From positions 608,001 through 672,000 of the forward strand of contig CAWGLD010000001.1 in NCBI GenBank assembly GCA_963823335.1: a stretch of 64,000 nucleotides of DNA, in the 5' to 3' direction. Source of the stretch: an uncultured delta proteobacterium (lineage in GTDB: Bacteria; Desulfobacterota; Desulfobacteria; Desulfobacterales; B30-G6). Under the pieces are notes generated by a model that saw nothing but the letters and a program-made list of their open reading frames with translations, was not told where the DNA came from and did not search any database. A program made the position numbers and the translations under genes. Position 1 is the stretch's first letter, and each line of letters opens with the position of its first letter. Below, in pieces: positions 41,309-52,415 of the stretch.

Positions 41309-41477
41309 AAGCTATCTCAAAAAAGTTTTTTGACCCAATTTCTGTGTTGGTCCCTTGCTTCAACTCCTCGGAATACTTCAGTATGCACCCCAAGGGCATT
41401 TCCTGCGGGCACCTGCGGGTTGAAGTTCGGGCCCGCCTTGAACTTGAGCCAAAACCCTTTTTTTGAGATGGCTTATA
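41306..41477 (+). repeat. MITE-like repeat family A carrying a 26-bp module
   Basis: Homologous to 23638-23780 plus insert 41387-41412; the left TA coincides with the DUF3795 stop codon. Confidence 0.85.
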
Positions 41478-41504
41478 GTCTTATAGAGGAATCATTCAAA
41501 TCTC

Positions 41505-41966
41505 ATGACAGACAAAAATCAAGAAATCACTATCTCAAAAGAGGATGCCGTTTTCTGGATGGATGGCAATGGCCGGTGGCACAACCAGCACGGGGAATTC
41601 GAACATAAGAAGGTCATCGCTTATTTTAACCAGTCCATCGGATACGACGCTGACGGATATTTTGTCAGCCAGGTGCGGGGAGACGTGGTTGAGAAGGTCT
41701 ATTTTCCATACCAGGAAACCGCCCTCTTCGTCGTCGACATTCTTGGGAATGACAACGTGCGACTCCTGCTCAACACCCGAAAGCAGGTTCCTCTGAATCC
41801 GGAAAAACTCTTCGTCAGAAATGACACCCTGTTCATGCACTTCGAAAACCAGTTGATCAAGTTTACGGATCGGGGCATGATAAAATTGTCCGACCGGCTT
41901 GACGATCTGAACGGGCAGTTCACGATTCGCTTTAACGGCGTGCGCCATGTCATCCCTGAGGCTTGA
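41505..41966 (+). CDS. Conserved hypothetical protein (possibly DUF1285-like)
   Basis: FWMDGNGRWHNQHGEFEH...EKVYFPYQETALFVVD. Confidence 0.65.
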   Translation: MTDKNQEITISKEDAVFWMDGNGRWHNQHGEFEHKKVIAYFNQSIGYDADGYFVSQVRGDVVEKVYFPYQETALFVVDILGNDNVRLLLNTRKQVPLNPEKLFVRNDTLFMHFENQLIKFTDRGMIKLSDRLDDLNGQFTIRFNGVRHVIPEA

Positions 41967-41985
41967 ATCGGTCAACCGGTGTCAC

Positions 41986-42792
41986 TCATCCGCCCGTCCG
42001 CAGGGTCGCAGCTTTCAGAACCTTGACGGATTCTGAAAGAATCCCTACCAAGCCGGGGTCTTCGATATGCGCTTCGATCAGTTTTTCGAAGGCGCTCCCC
42101 ACCACGACACCATCCGCCACGGCCGCGATCCCCGCCACATGGTCGGGGGTTGAAATGCCAAAGCCCACACAAATGGGCAGGGCCGTGATTGCTCGCAGAG
42201 GCGTGATCTTCTTGGCAATGTCCGCAAAATCCAGCCCATGACTGCCGGTGACGCCGGTCTTGGAAACCAGATACAAAAACCCCTTGCCGGCCCCGGCTAT
42301 TGCGGCCATACGATCTTGTGGGGTGGTGGGGGCCACCAGGCGTATCAAGGCCAGCTCCTGCCCCCCCCACACATCCGTCATTTCATCCGATTCCTCAGGC
42401 GGCAGGTCCACCACCAGCACACCATCCGCACCTGCACTAAGGGCGTCCCGGTAAAACCGGGCTGCACCGTAATTGAATATGGGATTGTAATAGCTGAAAA
42501 GAACGATGGGTATGCCGGTTTGCGTGCGGACCTTGCGGGTCATGGCCAGGACGGTCGTCAGGGATGTCCCCTTTTCAAGAGATCTTTCCGAAGATCTTTG
42601 AATAACCGGTCCGTCAGCGCTGGGGTCGGAAAACGGGATACCCAGCTCCAGGATATCCAGACCCGATCCACACATACCCAGGATAATTTCCAAAGACAGT
42701 TCAGGCGTCGGGTCACCGGCCGTGACAAACCCCACCAGTGCTTTTTCATTTTTCTGCTGTAGATTTAAAAATGTTTTTTGGATTCGATTCAT
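41986..42792 (-). CDS. trpA: Tryptophan synthase alpha
   Basis: [34 protein letters not shown]. Confidence 0.96.
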   Translation of the reverse strand: MNRIQKTFLNLQQKNEKALVGFVTAGDPTPELSLEIILGMCGSGLDILELGIPFSDPSADGPVIQRSSERSLEKGTSLTTVLAMTRKVRTQTGIPIVLFSYYNPIFNYGAARFYRDALSAGADGVLVVDLPPEESDEMTDVWGGQELALIRLVAPTTPQDRMAAIAGAGKGFLYLVSKTGVTGSHGLDFADIAKKITPLRAITALPICVGFGISTPDHVAGIAAVADGVVVGSAFEKLIEAHIEDPGLVGILSESVKVLKAATLRTGG

Positions 42793-42937
42793 ATAATACC
42801 CCTTTACTGCATTGTAACCGTTTTCATGAATAGATATTGTTTCCCCGCCGAAGCACCAGTCAAAAGTCAGACGGAACACATACATGGCAACAACTATAAA
42901 GCGGCAAAGCCGCGTCAGATAATATCGTGCAACGCTT

Positions 42938-44158
42938 TTATTCGGGAAATACAATCCCCAGATCCTTGTCTCCCCTGCCGGACAGATTGACCACGATGAT
43001 CTCATCAGGGGACCGCCGGGCCGCTTCCTTGATGGCATGGGCCAGGGCATGAGAGCTTTCCAGCGCCGGAAGAATGCCTTCCAGAGTACAGAGCTTGTGG
43101 AAGGCCGTCAGGGCTTCCGCGTCGGTAACGGTGACGTATTCCGCCCGCCCGATATCCTTGAAAAGAGCATGTTCAGGCCCTACTCCCGGATAATCGAGCC
43201 CGGCCGATATGGAGTGGGCCTCTTTTATCTGCCCGTTTGGATCCTGAAGCACATAGGACTTGGCCCCGTGCAAGACACCGACGCTTCCCGCCGTTAGGGT
43301 TGCAGCATGTTTTCCGGTGTCCATCCCCTGGCCACCGGCCTCCACGCCGATCATGGGCACATGGTCCTGGAGAAAAGGAAAAAAGAGCCCCATGGCATTG
43401 CTGCCGCCCCCCACACAGGCGATAAGAACATCCGGCAGCCGGCGGGTCATCTGCAGGATCTGCTTGCGGGTCTCTTCGCCGATAATTCTCTGAAAGTCGC
43501 GTACCATCTGTGGATATGGGTGGGGGCCTGCCACGGAGCCGATAACATAAAATGTGTCCTGGACCGAAGAAACCCAGAAGCGCATGGCCTCGTTCATGGC
43601 ATCTTTGAGTGTTCCGGTGCCGGTCTTTACCGGAACAATCTGCGCCCCCAAAAGCGTCATACGCCGCACATTGGGTGCCTGGCGGCGGATGTCTTCGGTA
43701 CCCATAAAAATCCGACATTCCATTCCAAAAAGCGCGGCCGTGGTGGCTGTAGCGACGCCATGCTGTCCGGCACCGGTTTCCGCAATCAACTTGCTTTTAC
43801 CTGTCCATTGGGCCAGCAGTCCCTGACCTAGAGTATTGTTGATTTTATGCGCCCCGGTATGGACCAGGTCTTCGCGTTTCAGATAGATGGCGGCACCCTT
43901 GGTATCATCGCTCAATCGACGGGCATGAAACAGGGGCGTCGGCCTGCCGGCATAGGTCTCGAGAAGTCGGCACAGCTCCCGCTGGAACGCAGAGACTCCC
44001 TGTATCTTTTGATATGATTCCTCCAGTTCCAGAAGCGCCGGCATAAGCGTCTCCCCGACATAACGACCCCCATAAGGTCCAAAATGCCCCTTTTTATCGG
44101 GATAGGGATGGGGCCCTGTCTGATCGGGTCCATGATTGGTTTGATCCGTTCTCAACAT
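42938..44158 (-). CDS. trpB: Tryptophan synthase beta
   Basis: [40 protein letters not shown]. Confidence 0.97.
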   Translation of the reverse strand: MLRTDQTNHGPDQTGPHPYPDKKGHFGPYGGRYVGETLMPALLELEESYQKIQGVSAFQRELCRLLETYAGRPTPLFHARRLSDDTKGAAIYLKREDLVHTGAHKINNTLGQGLLAQWTGKSKLIAETGAGQHGVATATTAALFGMECRIFMGTEDIRRQAPNVRRMTLLGAQIVPVKTGTGTLKDAMNEAMRFWVSSVQDTFYVIGSVAGPHPYPQMVRDFQRIIGEETRKQILQMTRRLPDVLIACVGGGSNAMGLFFPFLQDHVPMIGVEAGGQGMDTGKHAATLTAGSVGVLHGAKSYVLQDPNGQIKEAHSISAGLDYPGVGPEHALFKDIGRAEYVTVTDAEALTAFHKLCTLEGILPALESSHALAHAIKEAARRSPDEIIVVNLSGRGDKDLGIVFPE

Positions 44159-44852
44159 TAAATATCCTCCTGTTTGGTTTGGTTATGAGGGTCTTTTGGG
44201 TGGCCATAATAAATTGCTTCACTTTGCTGAGATCTTTTTCCCCGGGCATACTCTCAACACCGGAACTGACGTCCACAGCATCCGCTTGACATTGCGCTAT
44301 GGCTTGCCTGACATTGTCAACGGTGAGCCCCCCGGCCAGAACAAGGGCGACGTCTCGCCCGAAATTATGTAACAGGGAAAAATCCCAGGCCCTGGCATTG
44401 CCTCCCGGCAGGGGTCCCAGGCCACATTCCACCAGAAAGGCTGGCGCCGGGTAATGGTCGGTTTGGGTGAAAAAGGGTTCACGATGACTGAAAAGCGCCT
44501 TGATGACCGTTAGCCCCTGGTCACTTAATTTTTTCACGAGATCCGGCGGTTCCATACCGTGCAGCTGAACAGCCTGTAACCCAACTTTCCGGGTAACCTG
44601 CATGATGATATCAAAGGTTTCATCCACAAAGACACCCACCCTGCAGACAGACGGCGGCAGTGCCATGCAAATTTCTCGCGCCTGACCGACCGTGACATAT
44701 CTTGGACTTTGGGCATAAAAAACGAGACCGATGGCATCCGCACCCAGGGAGGCACAAGTTACAGCCTCATGGATGCGTGTCAGACCACAGATTTTAACCT
44801 GGGGCGAATAAAGGTTCTTTGCTGAATTCTGCGCCAGTTCTGTTCTGTTCAT
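44094..44852 (-). CDS. trpF: Phosphoribosylanthranilate isomerase
   Basis: VKICGLT, VQLHG, LAGGL, DVSSGVE. Confidence 0.95.
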   Translation of the reverse strand: MNRTELAQNSAKNLYSPQVKICGLTRIHEAVTCASLGADAIGLVFYAQSPRYVTVGQAREICMALPPSVCRVGVFVDETFDIIMQVTRKVGLQAVQLHGMEPPDLVKKLSDQGLTVIKALFSHREPFFTQTDHYPAPAFLVECGLGPLPGGNARAWDFSLLHNFGRDVALVLAGGLTVDNVRQAIAQCQADAVDVSSGVESMPGEKDLSKVKQFIMATQKTLITKPNRRIFNVENGSNQSWTRSDRAPSLSR

Positions 44853-44856
44853 TCTG

Positions 44857-45651
44857 TTATGCACACTGAACCTCCAGGTAGGATCTCAAGCGCTCGCCCG
44901 GGTGGCCGGACCGTACAAGACTTTCACCGATCAGAAAATTGTGCAGACCAGCCCGGCAGTTCCTGACAATGTCAGCCCTGTTCTGAATACCGCTGGCCAC
45001 GACAGGTATCTGCTTCGGGCCAAGCAGTTTGCCCATATCCAGGGCTCTTTCAGTATGGGTTTCAAATGTGGAAAGATCGCGGTTGTTGATACCGATCAGT
45101 CTGGTATCGATCCCCGCGGTCCTGCTGACATCTTCCTGTGAATGCACCTCCACCAGCGCTTCGAGATTCAACTCACGGCATAAGGCAAGATAGCGTGTGA
45201 GCTGCTTCAGGGTCAGAATTCTCACGATCAGCAGAATGGCATCGGCACCCATGGCGGCCGATTCCAACACCTGGTATTCGGATATGATAAAGTCCTTGCG
45301 TAAAACCGGAATGCTTGTCACCGCTTTTACCTGATGCAGATCATCGGGCCCGCCCTTGAAAAATCGGCTGTCCGTCAAAACCGAGATGGCAGCAGCACCC
45401 GATTCTTCATAGATACGTGCCATTTCTGCGGCATCGAGAGTTTCGCGCAATATGCCCTTGGAAGGGGAAGCGCGTTTGATTTCAGCAATAATGTTCACCT
45501 GGCCCGGCCGGCACAAGGCCTGGCTCAACGACCGTCTGGGCCTGTCCTGACGGATGGTTTTCATCAGTGCCGCTTCGGGAGTTCTTCGTCTGGCCTCCGC
45601 AACCTCCTGTTGCTTGTGTTGCACGATGGTTTCAAGAAAGGGTTTTGCCAT
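44857..45651 (-). CDS. trpC: Indole-3-glycerol phosphate synthase
   Basis: IAEIKRASPSKG, LRKDFI, GINNRDL. Confidence 0.96.
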   Translation of the reverse strand: MAKPFLETIVQHKQQEVAEARRRTPEAALMKTIRQDRPRRSLSQALCRPGQVNIIAEIKRASPSKGILRETLDAAEMARIYEESGAAAISVLTDSRFFKGGPDDLHQVKAVTSIPVLRKDFIISEYQVLESAAMGADAILLIVRILTLKQLTRYLALCRELNLEALVEVHSQEDVSRTAGIDTRLIGINNRDLSTFETHTERALDMGKLLGPKQIPVVASGIQNRADIVRNCRAGLHNFLIGESLVRSGHPGERLRSYLEVQCA

Positions 45652-45702
45652 GCTGCAGCTCCTTTGGATTTCCTTTAATCAGCTTTGCCATAATTCCAGG
45701 GA

Positions 45703-46716
45703 TCACGCCTGATTGGTAAACTGAATAAGCTGGTAGAGCTTATCTTCAGCCGCCCCGGAATCGACGGCCTCACCTGCCAGATGGATACCGTCCTTGATGT
45801 CTGCAGCCTCACCTGCCACCACCAGAGCCGCACCTGCATTCAACAGCACCACATCCCGTCTGGGCCCTTTTTCCCCTTTCAGGATCCCCAGAGTGATGGC
45901 TGCATTCTCAGACGGGCCGCCGCCTGCCAGATCCTGCAAATCGGTGTTCCGGTCAAAGAATTGATCGGGCAACAGATCATAGGTCTTGATTTTTCCGTCG
46001 ATCAATTCGGAGATGCGTGTGGGAGCACTGAGGGATATTTCATCCAGCCCATCGTGGCCATGGACGACAAAAGCGCGCCGGGTTCCCATGCCCTGCAGGG
46101 CCTGGGCGAACATTTCCGTCAATTCGGGGGCATACACGCCCAGGAGTTGACAATTCGCGCCGGCAGGGTTGGTCAGGGGGCCCAGCATATTGAAAATAGA
46201 CCGGATACCCACTTCCTTTCTGGCAGTTGCGGCGAACTTCATGGCGCCATGATACAATGGCGCAAACAGAAACCCGATATTGATGTCGCAAATCCCCTCT
46301 TCAACCATTTCCGGGTCAAGATTCAGGTTGACACCCAGGGCTTCCAGAAGATCGGCGCTGCCGCACCGGCTGGACACGGAACGATTGCCGTGTTTTGCCA
46401 CCGTAACCCCACAACCCGCAACCACCAGGGCCGTGGTGGTGGAAATATTGAAGGTGCTGGCTCCATCACCGCCGGTCCCGCAGGTATCGAGCACAACGGA
46501 GCGGGTGCCCTGAACACGCTTGGCCTTCCTGCGCATGGCCCTGGCAGCACCGATCAGCTCTTCGAAGGTTTCTCCCTTGGTGGACAATGCCCCTATGAAT
46601 GCGCCGATCTGTGAATGGGTGATGGTACCAGACAAAATTTCCGTGATCATCTGCGACATGGTCTCTTCGCTCAAATTCCTGCCCCTGATGATTTCTTGCA
46701 ACCCTTCTTTGAACAT
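45703..46716 (-). CDS. trpD: Anthranilate phosphoribosyltransferase
   Basis: DTCGTGGDG, FNISTT, AKHGNRSVSS. Confidence 0.96.
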   Translation of the reverse strand: MFKEGLQEIIRGRNLSEETMSQMITEILSGTITHSQIGAFIGALSTKGETFEELIGAARAMRRKAKRVQGTRSVVLDTCGTGGDGASTFNISTTTALVVAGCGVTVAKHGNRSVSSRCGSADLLEALGVNLNLDPEMVEEGICDINIGFLFAPLYHGAMKFAATARKEVGIRSIFNMLGPLTNPAGANCQLLGVYAPELTEMFAQALQGMGTRRAFVVHGHDGLDEISLSAPTRISELIDGKIKTYDLLPDQFFDRNTDLQDLAGGGPSENAAITLGILKGEKGPRRDVVLLNAGAALVVAGEAADIKDGIHLAGEAVDSGAAEDKLYQLIQFTNQA

Positions 46717-46727
46717 AGACTTTCTCC

Positions 46728-47384
46728 TTATTCGGTCTTAGGCCCTTTTTCGTGTTTTCGTACTTTCGTGATTTGGTGATAAAGATCTTTTTCTTTTCCT
46801 GTTTGTCCGGGTTGGCTTATTGTCTGCGACAAAAAATTTCTCAACAACCGTTTGCCCACCGTGGTCATGATGGATTCCGGATGAAACTGGACACCTTCGG
46901 TTGGGTGTTCCCGGTGACGGATACCCATGATCTCGCCATCATCGGATTCCGACGAAATATCGAACACACCCGGCAGAGTATCTCTGTTTACCGCAAGTGA
47001 ATGATAGCGCATGGCCTTGAACGGCGAACGGATTTTTTGATAAATTGCCTTGCCGTCTCCGGTGACATCGGAAGTTTTGCCATGCATGATGTTTTTTGCA
47101 GAAACAATCTGACCCCCAAAAGCCATGGCAATGGCCTGGTGCCCGAGACACACCCCCAGCAAGGGAATTTTACCGCTGAAGATCTGAATGGTATCAACCG
47201 AAATACCGGCATCCTCGGGTCGCCCAGGTCCCGGTGAAATGACGATACCAGAAGGATCTAAGTCCCTGAGCGCATTCACGCTGGTCTTGTCGTTGCGGAA
47301 CACCTGAACATCCGCCCCGAGTTCCTCCATGTATTGCACCAGGTTATAGGTAAACGAGTCATAGTTATCGATCATAATGATCAT
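46728..47384 (-). CDS. trpG: Anthranilate synthase component II (glutamine amidotransferase)
   Basis: MIDNYDSFTYNL, SPGPG, GVCLGHQ, QFHPES. Confidence 0.95.
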   Translation of the reverse strand: MIIMIDNYDSFTYNLVQYMEELGADVQVFRNDKTSVNALRDLDPSGIVISPGPGRPEDAGISVDTIQIFSGKIPLLGVCLGHQAIAMAFGGQIVSAKNIMHGKTSDVTGDGKAIYQKIRSPFKAMRYHSLAVNRDTLPGVFDISSESDDGEIMGIRHREHPTEGVQFHPESIMTTVGKRLLRNFLSQTISQPGQTGKEKDLYHQITKVRKHEKGPKTE

Positions 47385-47471
47385 GTCCGTTCTCCTTTCA
47401 GTAAATCCATTGTATGCTGGAAAACGAGGATGCCTGGAAACTGGGATGCTGCTGTCAGCCACCCTCGAACC

Positions 47472-48947
47472 CTACTCTTGCATCATCTCCAGGGCTTTCT
47501 GGATTGACATGGCTTTGTTGACGGTTTCGGCATACTCCTTCTCCGGGTCGGAATCGACAACAATACCGGCCCCGGCTCTCACGGTCAGACGGCCCTTTTC
47601 GATACAGGCCGTACGAATCGTTATGGCCAGATCCATGTTGCCGCCGAATGAAATGTAGCCCACGGCACCGCCATAAGGTCCCCGCGGTTCGGTTTCGAAC
47701 ATGGAAATCAGCTCCATGGCCCGCACCTTGGGTGCGCCGCTCAGGGTTCCTGCCGGGAAGGTGGCTTTCAGAAGATCCCAGGCGTTCAGGTCACCCCTGA
47801 GATCACAGCAGATATTGGATACCATGTGCATGACGTGCGAATAACGTTCGATGATCATCAGATCCGTAACCTGCACGGTACCTGTCTCGGCAACACGTCC
47901 GAGATCGTTTCTACCCAGATCCACCAGCATGAGATGTTCGGCTTTTTCTTTTTCATCTTTGAGCAGTTCATCGGCCAGGGCGCGGTCCTCTTTTTCTGTT
48001 TCGCCCCTTGGCCGCGTACCGGCGATAGGTCGCAGTGTGGCAACCCCATTTTCAAGACGCACCATGGTTTCCGGCGAAGACCCCACCAGGGTTATGTCGT
48101 CCAGTTTCATGAAATAGAGATACGGTGAGGGATTGATGTAACGCTGGGCCCTGTACAACAGCCATGGGTCAGGAGCCGCGTCATATACAAATGGCTGGGA
48201 AATGACGGCCTGAATGATATCTCCCTGATAAATGAACGCTTTGATTTTCTTGACAATGTCCTGGTACGACGATGCCTGGGGAGATACCCGCAGGACAGGT
48301 TTGTGCGTTAAAAACTTTGTACGCATTTTTGGAACCGGTGAGGCAATAATGTGCAAAATTTCCTTTATGCGGTCATGGGCCTTGTCGAATACGTCTGCGG
48401 GTGCCATGCCATCTGAAATAAATCCCGTCACGACGCAGTAAAGCGTGTGACGGACATTATCAAAAATGATCAACTCATCCGGCAGAATAAAATGCGCCAG
48501 GGGTTTGGCGGAATCATACTGATGTGGAATCGCTTCGAAAAATGAAACCATCTCGTAGGACAGATAACCCACGATACCACCCCAGAAGCGTGGCAGGTCG
48601 GAAATCTGTGCCGGTAAATACCGCGCCATAAAGCCTTTCAGAATCTTTAACGGATCACCCTTGTGGGGAAGACTTTCCGATTGGTCTGCGGTCTGGATTT
48701 CGACTGCCTCGGCATACACCTTGAGGTGACATTTTGCCGATATACCCAAAAAGCTGAAACGACCCCAGCGTTCCCCTCCGGCGGCGCTTTCCAGCAGAAA
48801 GACAGGCTTGGGGGTGTCATAGAATTTCTGTAGAATGGAGACGGGTGTTTCCGTATCCGCCAGAATCTCCACCCAAACCGGTATCACATTAAATTTTTTG
48901 GCAAGTTCGCAAAATCTTGCTTTGTCCGGTAGTTGATTGATCTGCAT
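47472..48947 (-). CDS. trpE: Anthranilate synthase component I
   Basis: LLES, NPSPY, PIAGTRPRG, EHLMLVDLGRND, FPAGTLSGAPKVRAM. Confidence 0.96.
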   Translation of the reverse strand: MQINQLPDKARFCELAKKFNVIPVWVEILADTETPVSILQKFYDTPKPVFLLESAAGGERWGRFSFLGISAKCHLKVYAEAVEIQTADQSESLPHKGDPLKILKGFMARYLPAQISDLPRFWGGIVGYLSYEMVSFFEAIPHQYDSAKPLAHFILPDELIIFDNVRHTLYCVVTGFISDGMAPADVFDKAHDRIKEILHIIASPVPKMRTKFLTHKPVLRVSPQASSYQDIVKKIKAFIYQGDIIQAVISQPFVYDAAPDPWLLYRAQRYINPSPYLYFMKLDDITLVGSSPETMVRLENGVATLRPIAGTRPRGETEKEDRALADELLKDEKEKAEHLMLVDLGRNDLGRVAETGTVQVTDLMIIERYSHVMHMVSNICCDLRGDLNAWDLLKATFPAGTLSGAPKVRAMELISMFETEPRGPYGGAVGYISFGGNMDLAITIRTACIEKGRLTVRAGAGIVVDSDPEKEYAETVNKAMSIQKALEMMQE

Positions 48948-48974
48948 TGAATCTGTCTCCTTCATACCCATGCT

Positions 48975-49078
48975 GTTTGTCAGAATAACGTTCCGAAACT
49001 GCTTCGGCAAATAACGTCAAACAGCCGCCGAAGCGTTAGCCTAAAGCCAAACGGAGCATCCTTATGACAACGGCTATA
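48975..49078. repeat. Diverged family C-related element upstream of trpE
   Basis: TTGTCAGAATAACGTTCCGAAA...TTATGACAACGGCTATA resembles the ends of 16480-16578. Confidence 0.5.
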
Positions 49079-49081
49079 AGC

Positions 49082-49160
49082 AAAAAAAGGGCCGTGGTTG
49101 CAGCCACGGCCCTTTTTCATGCATAAAAAAAGCCGCGGTGAGTCGAGCTGCCCGCGGCTT
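49082..49160 (-). terminator. Two tandem intrinsic terminators of the trp attenuator
   Basis: AAGCCGCGG...CCGCGGCTTTTTT and GGGCCGTGG...CCACGGCCCTTTTTTT. Confidence 0.85.
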
Positions 49161-49185
49161 GTTTCAATCTATGTCACTTATGGTA

Positions 49186-49272
49186 TTACACGTATAAAAC
49201 TCCGTAGGCAGGTCTGGATATTTGAACCTGCCACCACCAAAATCGACTGTTTGTTTGTATAAAATGATTCAT
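49186..49272 (-). CDS. trpL: trp operon leader peptide (28 aa)
   Basis: MNHFIQTNSRFWWWQVQISRPAYGVLYV*, three tandem TGG codons upstream of the terminators and trpE. Confidence 0.9.
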   Translation of the reverse strand: MNHFIQTNSRFWWWQVQISRPAYGVLYV

Positions 49273-49353
49273 GACGGTGACCTCTATCACAGTGCGAAAA
49301 CACTGGCAAGTTGTTTCTGTATCGGATCGGCAAAACCCTCCCGGATCATCCGC

Positions 49354-50085
49354 TTATGACTTTTTTCCCAGGCGCTGATGAATCCTCTGAACGGCCGCCA
49401 TGAAAGCAGATCGGCTCTCCGCGGCATAGGGGTTGTAGGTATTCATGTCCTCGAACAACTGCCAGGTGTCGTTTTCCACCACCCCAAGAACATGCAGCAG
49501 TCGCTGGTAACCTTCGGTGTCGACATCCAGGGGCGTGGCCCCGAATTCGGACAGGGACCGGCCGATAAAATGTGTCAGCGCAAGACTGACGGCGATCTGC
49601 CGGTCATGCACTTCCGGTGTGGCTTCGATGACCATCAATCCCTTGGACATCAGATAGGATTTAATTTTATGGCAGGCCGAATCATTGATCCTTTCTGCAC
49701 ACACAACAATCTTTCTCCCCTGGAGCGTATGGGCGGCACTGTCGGGGCCGAACATGGGGTGGGTCGCCAGGATGGACACCTGTTCCGGCAACAACTCTTT
49801 CATCAACCTGACCGGGTATTCCTTGACCGAGCACACATCGATCACCAGGGCATCCGGATCCAGCAGCGGTGCAATCGTTTCGAGGGTATCACGTAAAACA
49901 GATATGGGCACCGAGAGGATGATTATTTTTTGACGACATGCCACGTCAAGAGATGCGGGTTTCGCACCGCTTGCCAGAATCGCATGGGCATTATCACTAC
50001 GGTTGTAGATCATGACATCAAAATCTTTTGCCAGGTAATGTGCCATCAGTTTTCCGAATCGACCAAACCCCAAGATACCGATCAT
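49354..50085 (-). CDS. tyrA: Prephenate/arogenate dehydrogenase
   Basis: GILGFGRFG, DVCSVK, THPMFGP, HDRQIA. Confidence 0.88.
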   Translation of the reverse strand: MIGILGFGRFGKLMAHYLAKDFDVMIYNRSDNAHAILASGAKPASLDVACRQKIIILSVPISVLRDTLETIAPLLDPDALVIDVCSVKEYPVRLMKELLPEQVSILATHPMFGPDSAAHTLQGRKIVVCAERINDSACHKIKSYLMSKGLMVIEATPEVHDRQIAVSLALTHFIGRSLSEFGATPLDVDTEGYQRLLHVLGVVENDTWQLFEDMNTYNPYAAESRSAFMAAVQRIHQRLGKKS

Positions 50086-51212
50086 AATACGCTCGCAATC
50101 CTTTGAAAACCAGTTATCAGCTCTTTTTCCGGAACAGCATAGGATATCCGGATATGGCCTCCCGTTCCGAAAGCCTCACCGGGGACCACCGCAACACCCC
50201 CTTTTTCGAGAAGATGGGCAGAAAAATTTTCGGATGTGTAGCCTTCTTTCAAATATTGAGACACATCCGGGAAAAGGTAAAAGCCACCCGCGGGCTTAAT
50301 GCAGTCGAACTGTCGACATGCATATTCATAAGCCAGATCTCTTTTTTTCTTCATTCGTGCACAATTCTCTTCCATCAGCAAGGGATCCAGGGAGAGAGCC
50401 GCCAGGGCACCTTCCTGGGCAAAGGTGCATACATTGCCGGTCAGATGGCTTTGAAGCCGGGCCATCGCTGCAATGACTTCTCTGGGTGCCGCCACATAGC
50501 CGACCCTGAAGCCTGTCATACCATAGGTTTTTGAAAAACTCCTCACCACAATAAGTCTGTCCCGAATATCTTCCATACTGGAAAAACCGTCCGACAGACC
50601 GTCTTCATACAGGAAGGCGCAATAGGCTTCATCCGCAATGATGAACAGATTCCTTGATACGGCGATATCGGCAATCTTTCTCAAAACGCTGAAAGGATAG
50701 ACAGCCCCTGTGGGGTTGTTGGGAGAGTTAATGATAATTGCACGGGTCCGATCCGTCACAGCTTCGGCCACAGCCCGGCAGTCGAGCTGGTGCGCCACGG
50801 TGTCCACGAACACCGGAACTGCGGAAGCGAGTCTCACCTGCTCTGAAAAACTGACCCAGTAGGGTCGTGGAACGATCACCTCGTCCAGCGGGTTACAGAT
50901 GATCTGGAAGATGGCATAAAGGGCTTGCTTGGAGCCGTTGGAAATGATGATGTTCTCTTCATTGTAGCCTTCAATCTGTTTGGAAAGCCTGGATCTCAGC
51001 GCCTTGATTCCCTGGACAGCACTGTAACGTGTCTTCCCGTCGTCAAGAGCTTGTTTGGTAGCAGCAACCACAGATAGCGGTGTTTCATGATCGGGTTCAC
51101 CCACGGCCAGGTTGATGATGGACTCACCTTTTGCGGCACGCCTGGCCAACAGGGATGTAAACTGTACGGTTCTGGATTCCGTGACAGCCGTCAGGCGATC
51201 GGAGAGTCTCAT
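50082..51212 (-). CDS. Class I PLP-dependent (aspartate/prephenate-type) aminotransferase
   Basis: [32 protein letters not shown]. Confidence 0.9.
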   Translation of the reverse strand: MRLSDRLTAVTESRTVQFTSLLARRAAKGESIINLAVGEPDHETPLSVVAATKQALDDGKTRYSAVQGIKALRSRLSKQIEGYNEENIIISNGSKQALYAIFQIICNPLDEVIVPRPYWVSFSEQVRLASAVPVFVDTVAHQLDCRAVAEAVTDRTRAIIINSPNNPTGAVYPFSVLRKIADIAVSRNLFIIADEAYCAFLYEDGLSDGFSSMEDIRDRLIVVRSFSKTYGMTGFRVGYVAAPREVIAAMARLQSHLTGNVCTFAQEGALAALSLDPLLMEENCARMKKKRDLAYEYACRQFDCIKPAGGFYLFPDVSQYLKEGYTSENFSAHLLEKGGVAVVPGEAFGTGGHIRISYAVPEKELITGFQRIASVL

Positions 51213-52300
51213 GACAGATCCTGTTTTCTTGTCTTCTGCAGCAACAGCATGTCTGCGATCACCAGGGCGGCCATCCCTTCCACAATGGGCACGGCACGCG
51301 GGACGACACAGGGATCGTGCCGCCCACTGGCTTCCAGAATCGTTTCGACACCTTCGAAATCAACGGTCTGTTGAGCGATTCCTATGGTGGCCGGGGGTTT
51401 GAAAGCCACCCGGAAATAAATCTGCTCACCGTTGGTAATACCACCCTGGATACCGCCGCTGAAATTGGTTTTGGTCCTCAAACCTTTTTCCGTCGCTATA
51501 AACGGGTCGTTGTGTTCCGAGCCCTGCATTCGGGTTCCGGAAAAGCCGGATCCGATTTCGAAACCCTTCGTGGCTGGAATCGACAGCATGGCCTGAGCCA
51601 GGGCTGCCTCCATTTTCCCGAACACCGGCTCTCCCAGACCTGCCGGAACCTGCCTGCAAACACAGTTCACAATACCGCCAATGGAATCCCGTTTCTCTTT
51701 CAGGGATTTGATGTGTTGGATCATCTTTTCTGCGGTTGCCAGATGGGGGCAGCGAATCAGGTTCTGATCCACCTCTTCCCGTGAGATCTGTTGCATATCG
51801 ATGTCGGGTGCCTGGATATTGCCCACGGCACTTACCCAGGCAACAATCTCCACACCTGAATGCTCCACGAGGATCCTCTCTGCGATGGCACCACCTGCCA
51901 CGCGTGCGATGGTTTCCCTGGCACTGGCCCTGCCACCGCCACTGACGGATCGCGTACCGTATTTTGCCTGGTATGTAAAATCGGCATGGGACGGCCGGGG
52001 AATGGTTCGAAACCGTTCATAATCTCCGGGCACCTGGTCATGGTTGGCCACATAAAAAGCGATGGGTGTTCCCAGCGTACGATCCTCTTCGACACCTGAG
52101 ACAATCGTAACCGTATCGGCTTCTTGTCTATCGGTGGTCAGAGAGCTCTGCCCCGGCCGCCTGCGATTCAACTGTGCTTGAATGTGCGCTTCCGTCAGGA
52201 AAACATTGGCAGGACACCCGTCCAGAACACCGCCCACGCTCTTCCCATGGGATTCCCCAAAACTTGTAAGACGCAACACCTTACCTAAATGACTCGACAT
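51209..52300 (-). CDS. aroC: Chorismate synthase
   Basis: [26 protein letters not shown]. Confidence 0.96.
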   Translation of the reverse strand: MSSHLGKVLRLTSFGESHGKSVGGVLDGCPANVFLTEAHIQAQLNRRRPGQSSLTTDRQEADTVTIVSGVEEDRTLGTPIAFYVANHDQVPGDYERFRTIPRPSHADFTYQAKYGTRSVSGGGRASARETIARVAGGAIAERILVEHSGVEIVAWVSAVGNIQAPDIDMQQISREEVDQNLIRCPHLATAEKMIQHIKSLKEKRDSIGGIVNCVCRQVPAGLGEPVFGKMEAALAQAMLSIPATKGFEIGSGFSGTRMQGSEHNDPFIATEKGLRTKTNFSGGIQGGITNGEQIYFRVAFKPPATIGIAQQTVDFEGVETILEASGRHDPCVVPRAVPIVEGMAALVIADMLLLQKTRKQDLS

Positions 52301-52415
52301 GATGACTCCTCAATTATAGGGATAGGCTATAGACTATAGACTGTTAGTCATTTAGCGGCTTGCAGCCTGTAGCTCAACTTTCGGTTTTCACCATCGATAG
52401 AACGAAATGAGTGAT

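Noticed and set aside
12905-46614. Long antisense ORFs such as 12905-13666, 21099-21767, 26644-27339 and 45781-46614
   Set aside because: Shadow frames of well-supported genes on the opposite strand.
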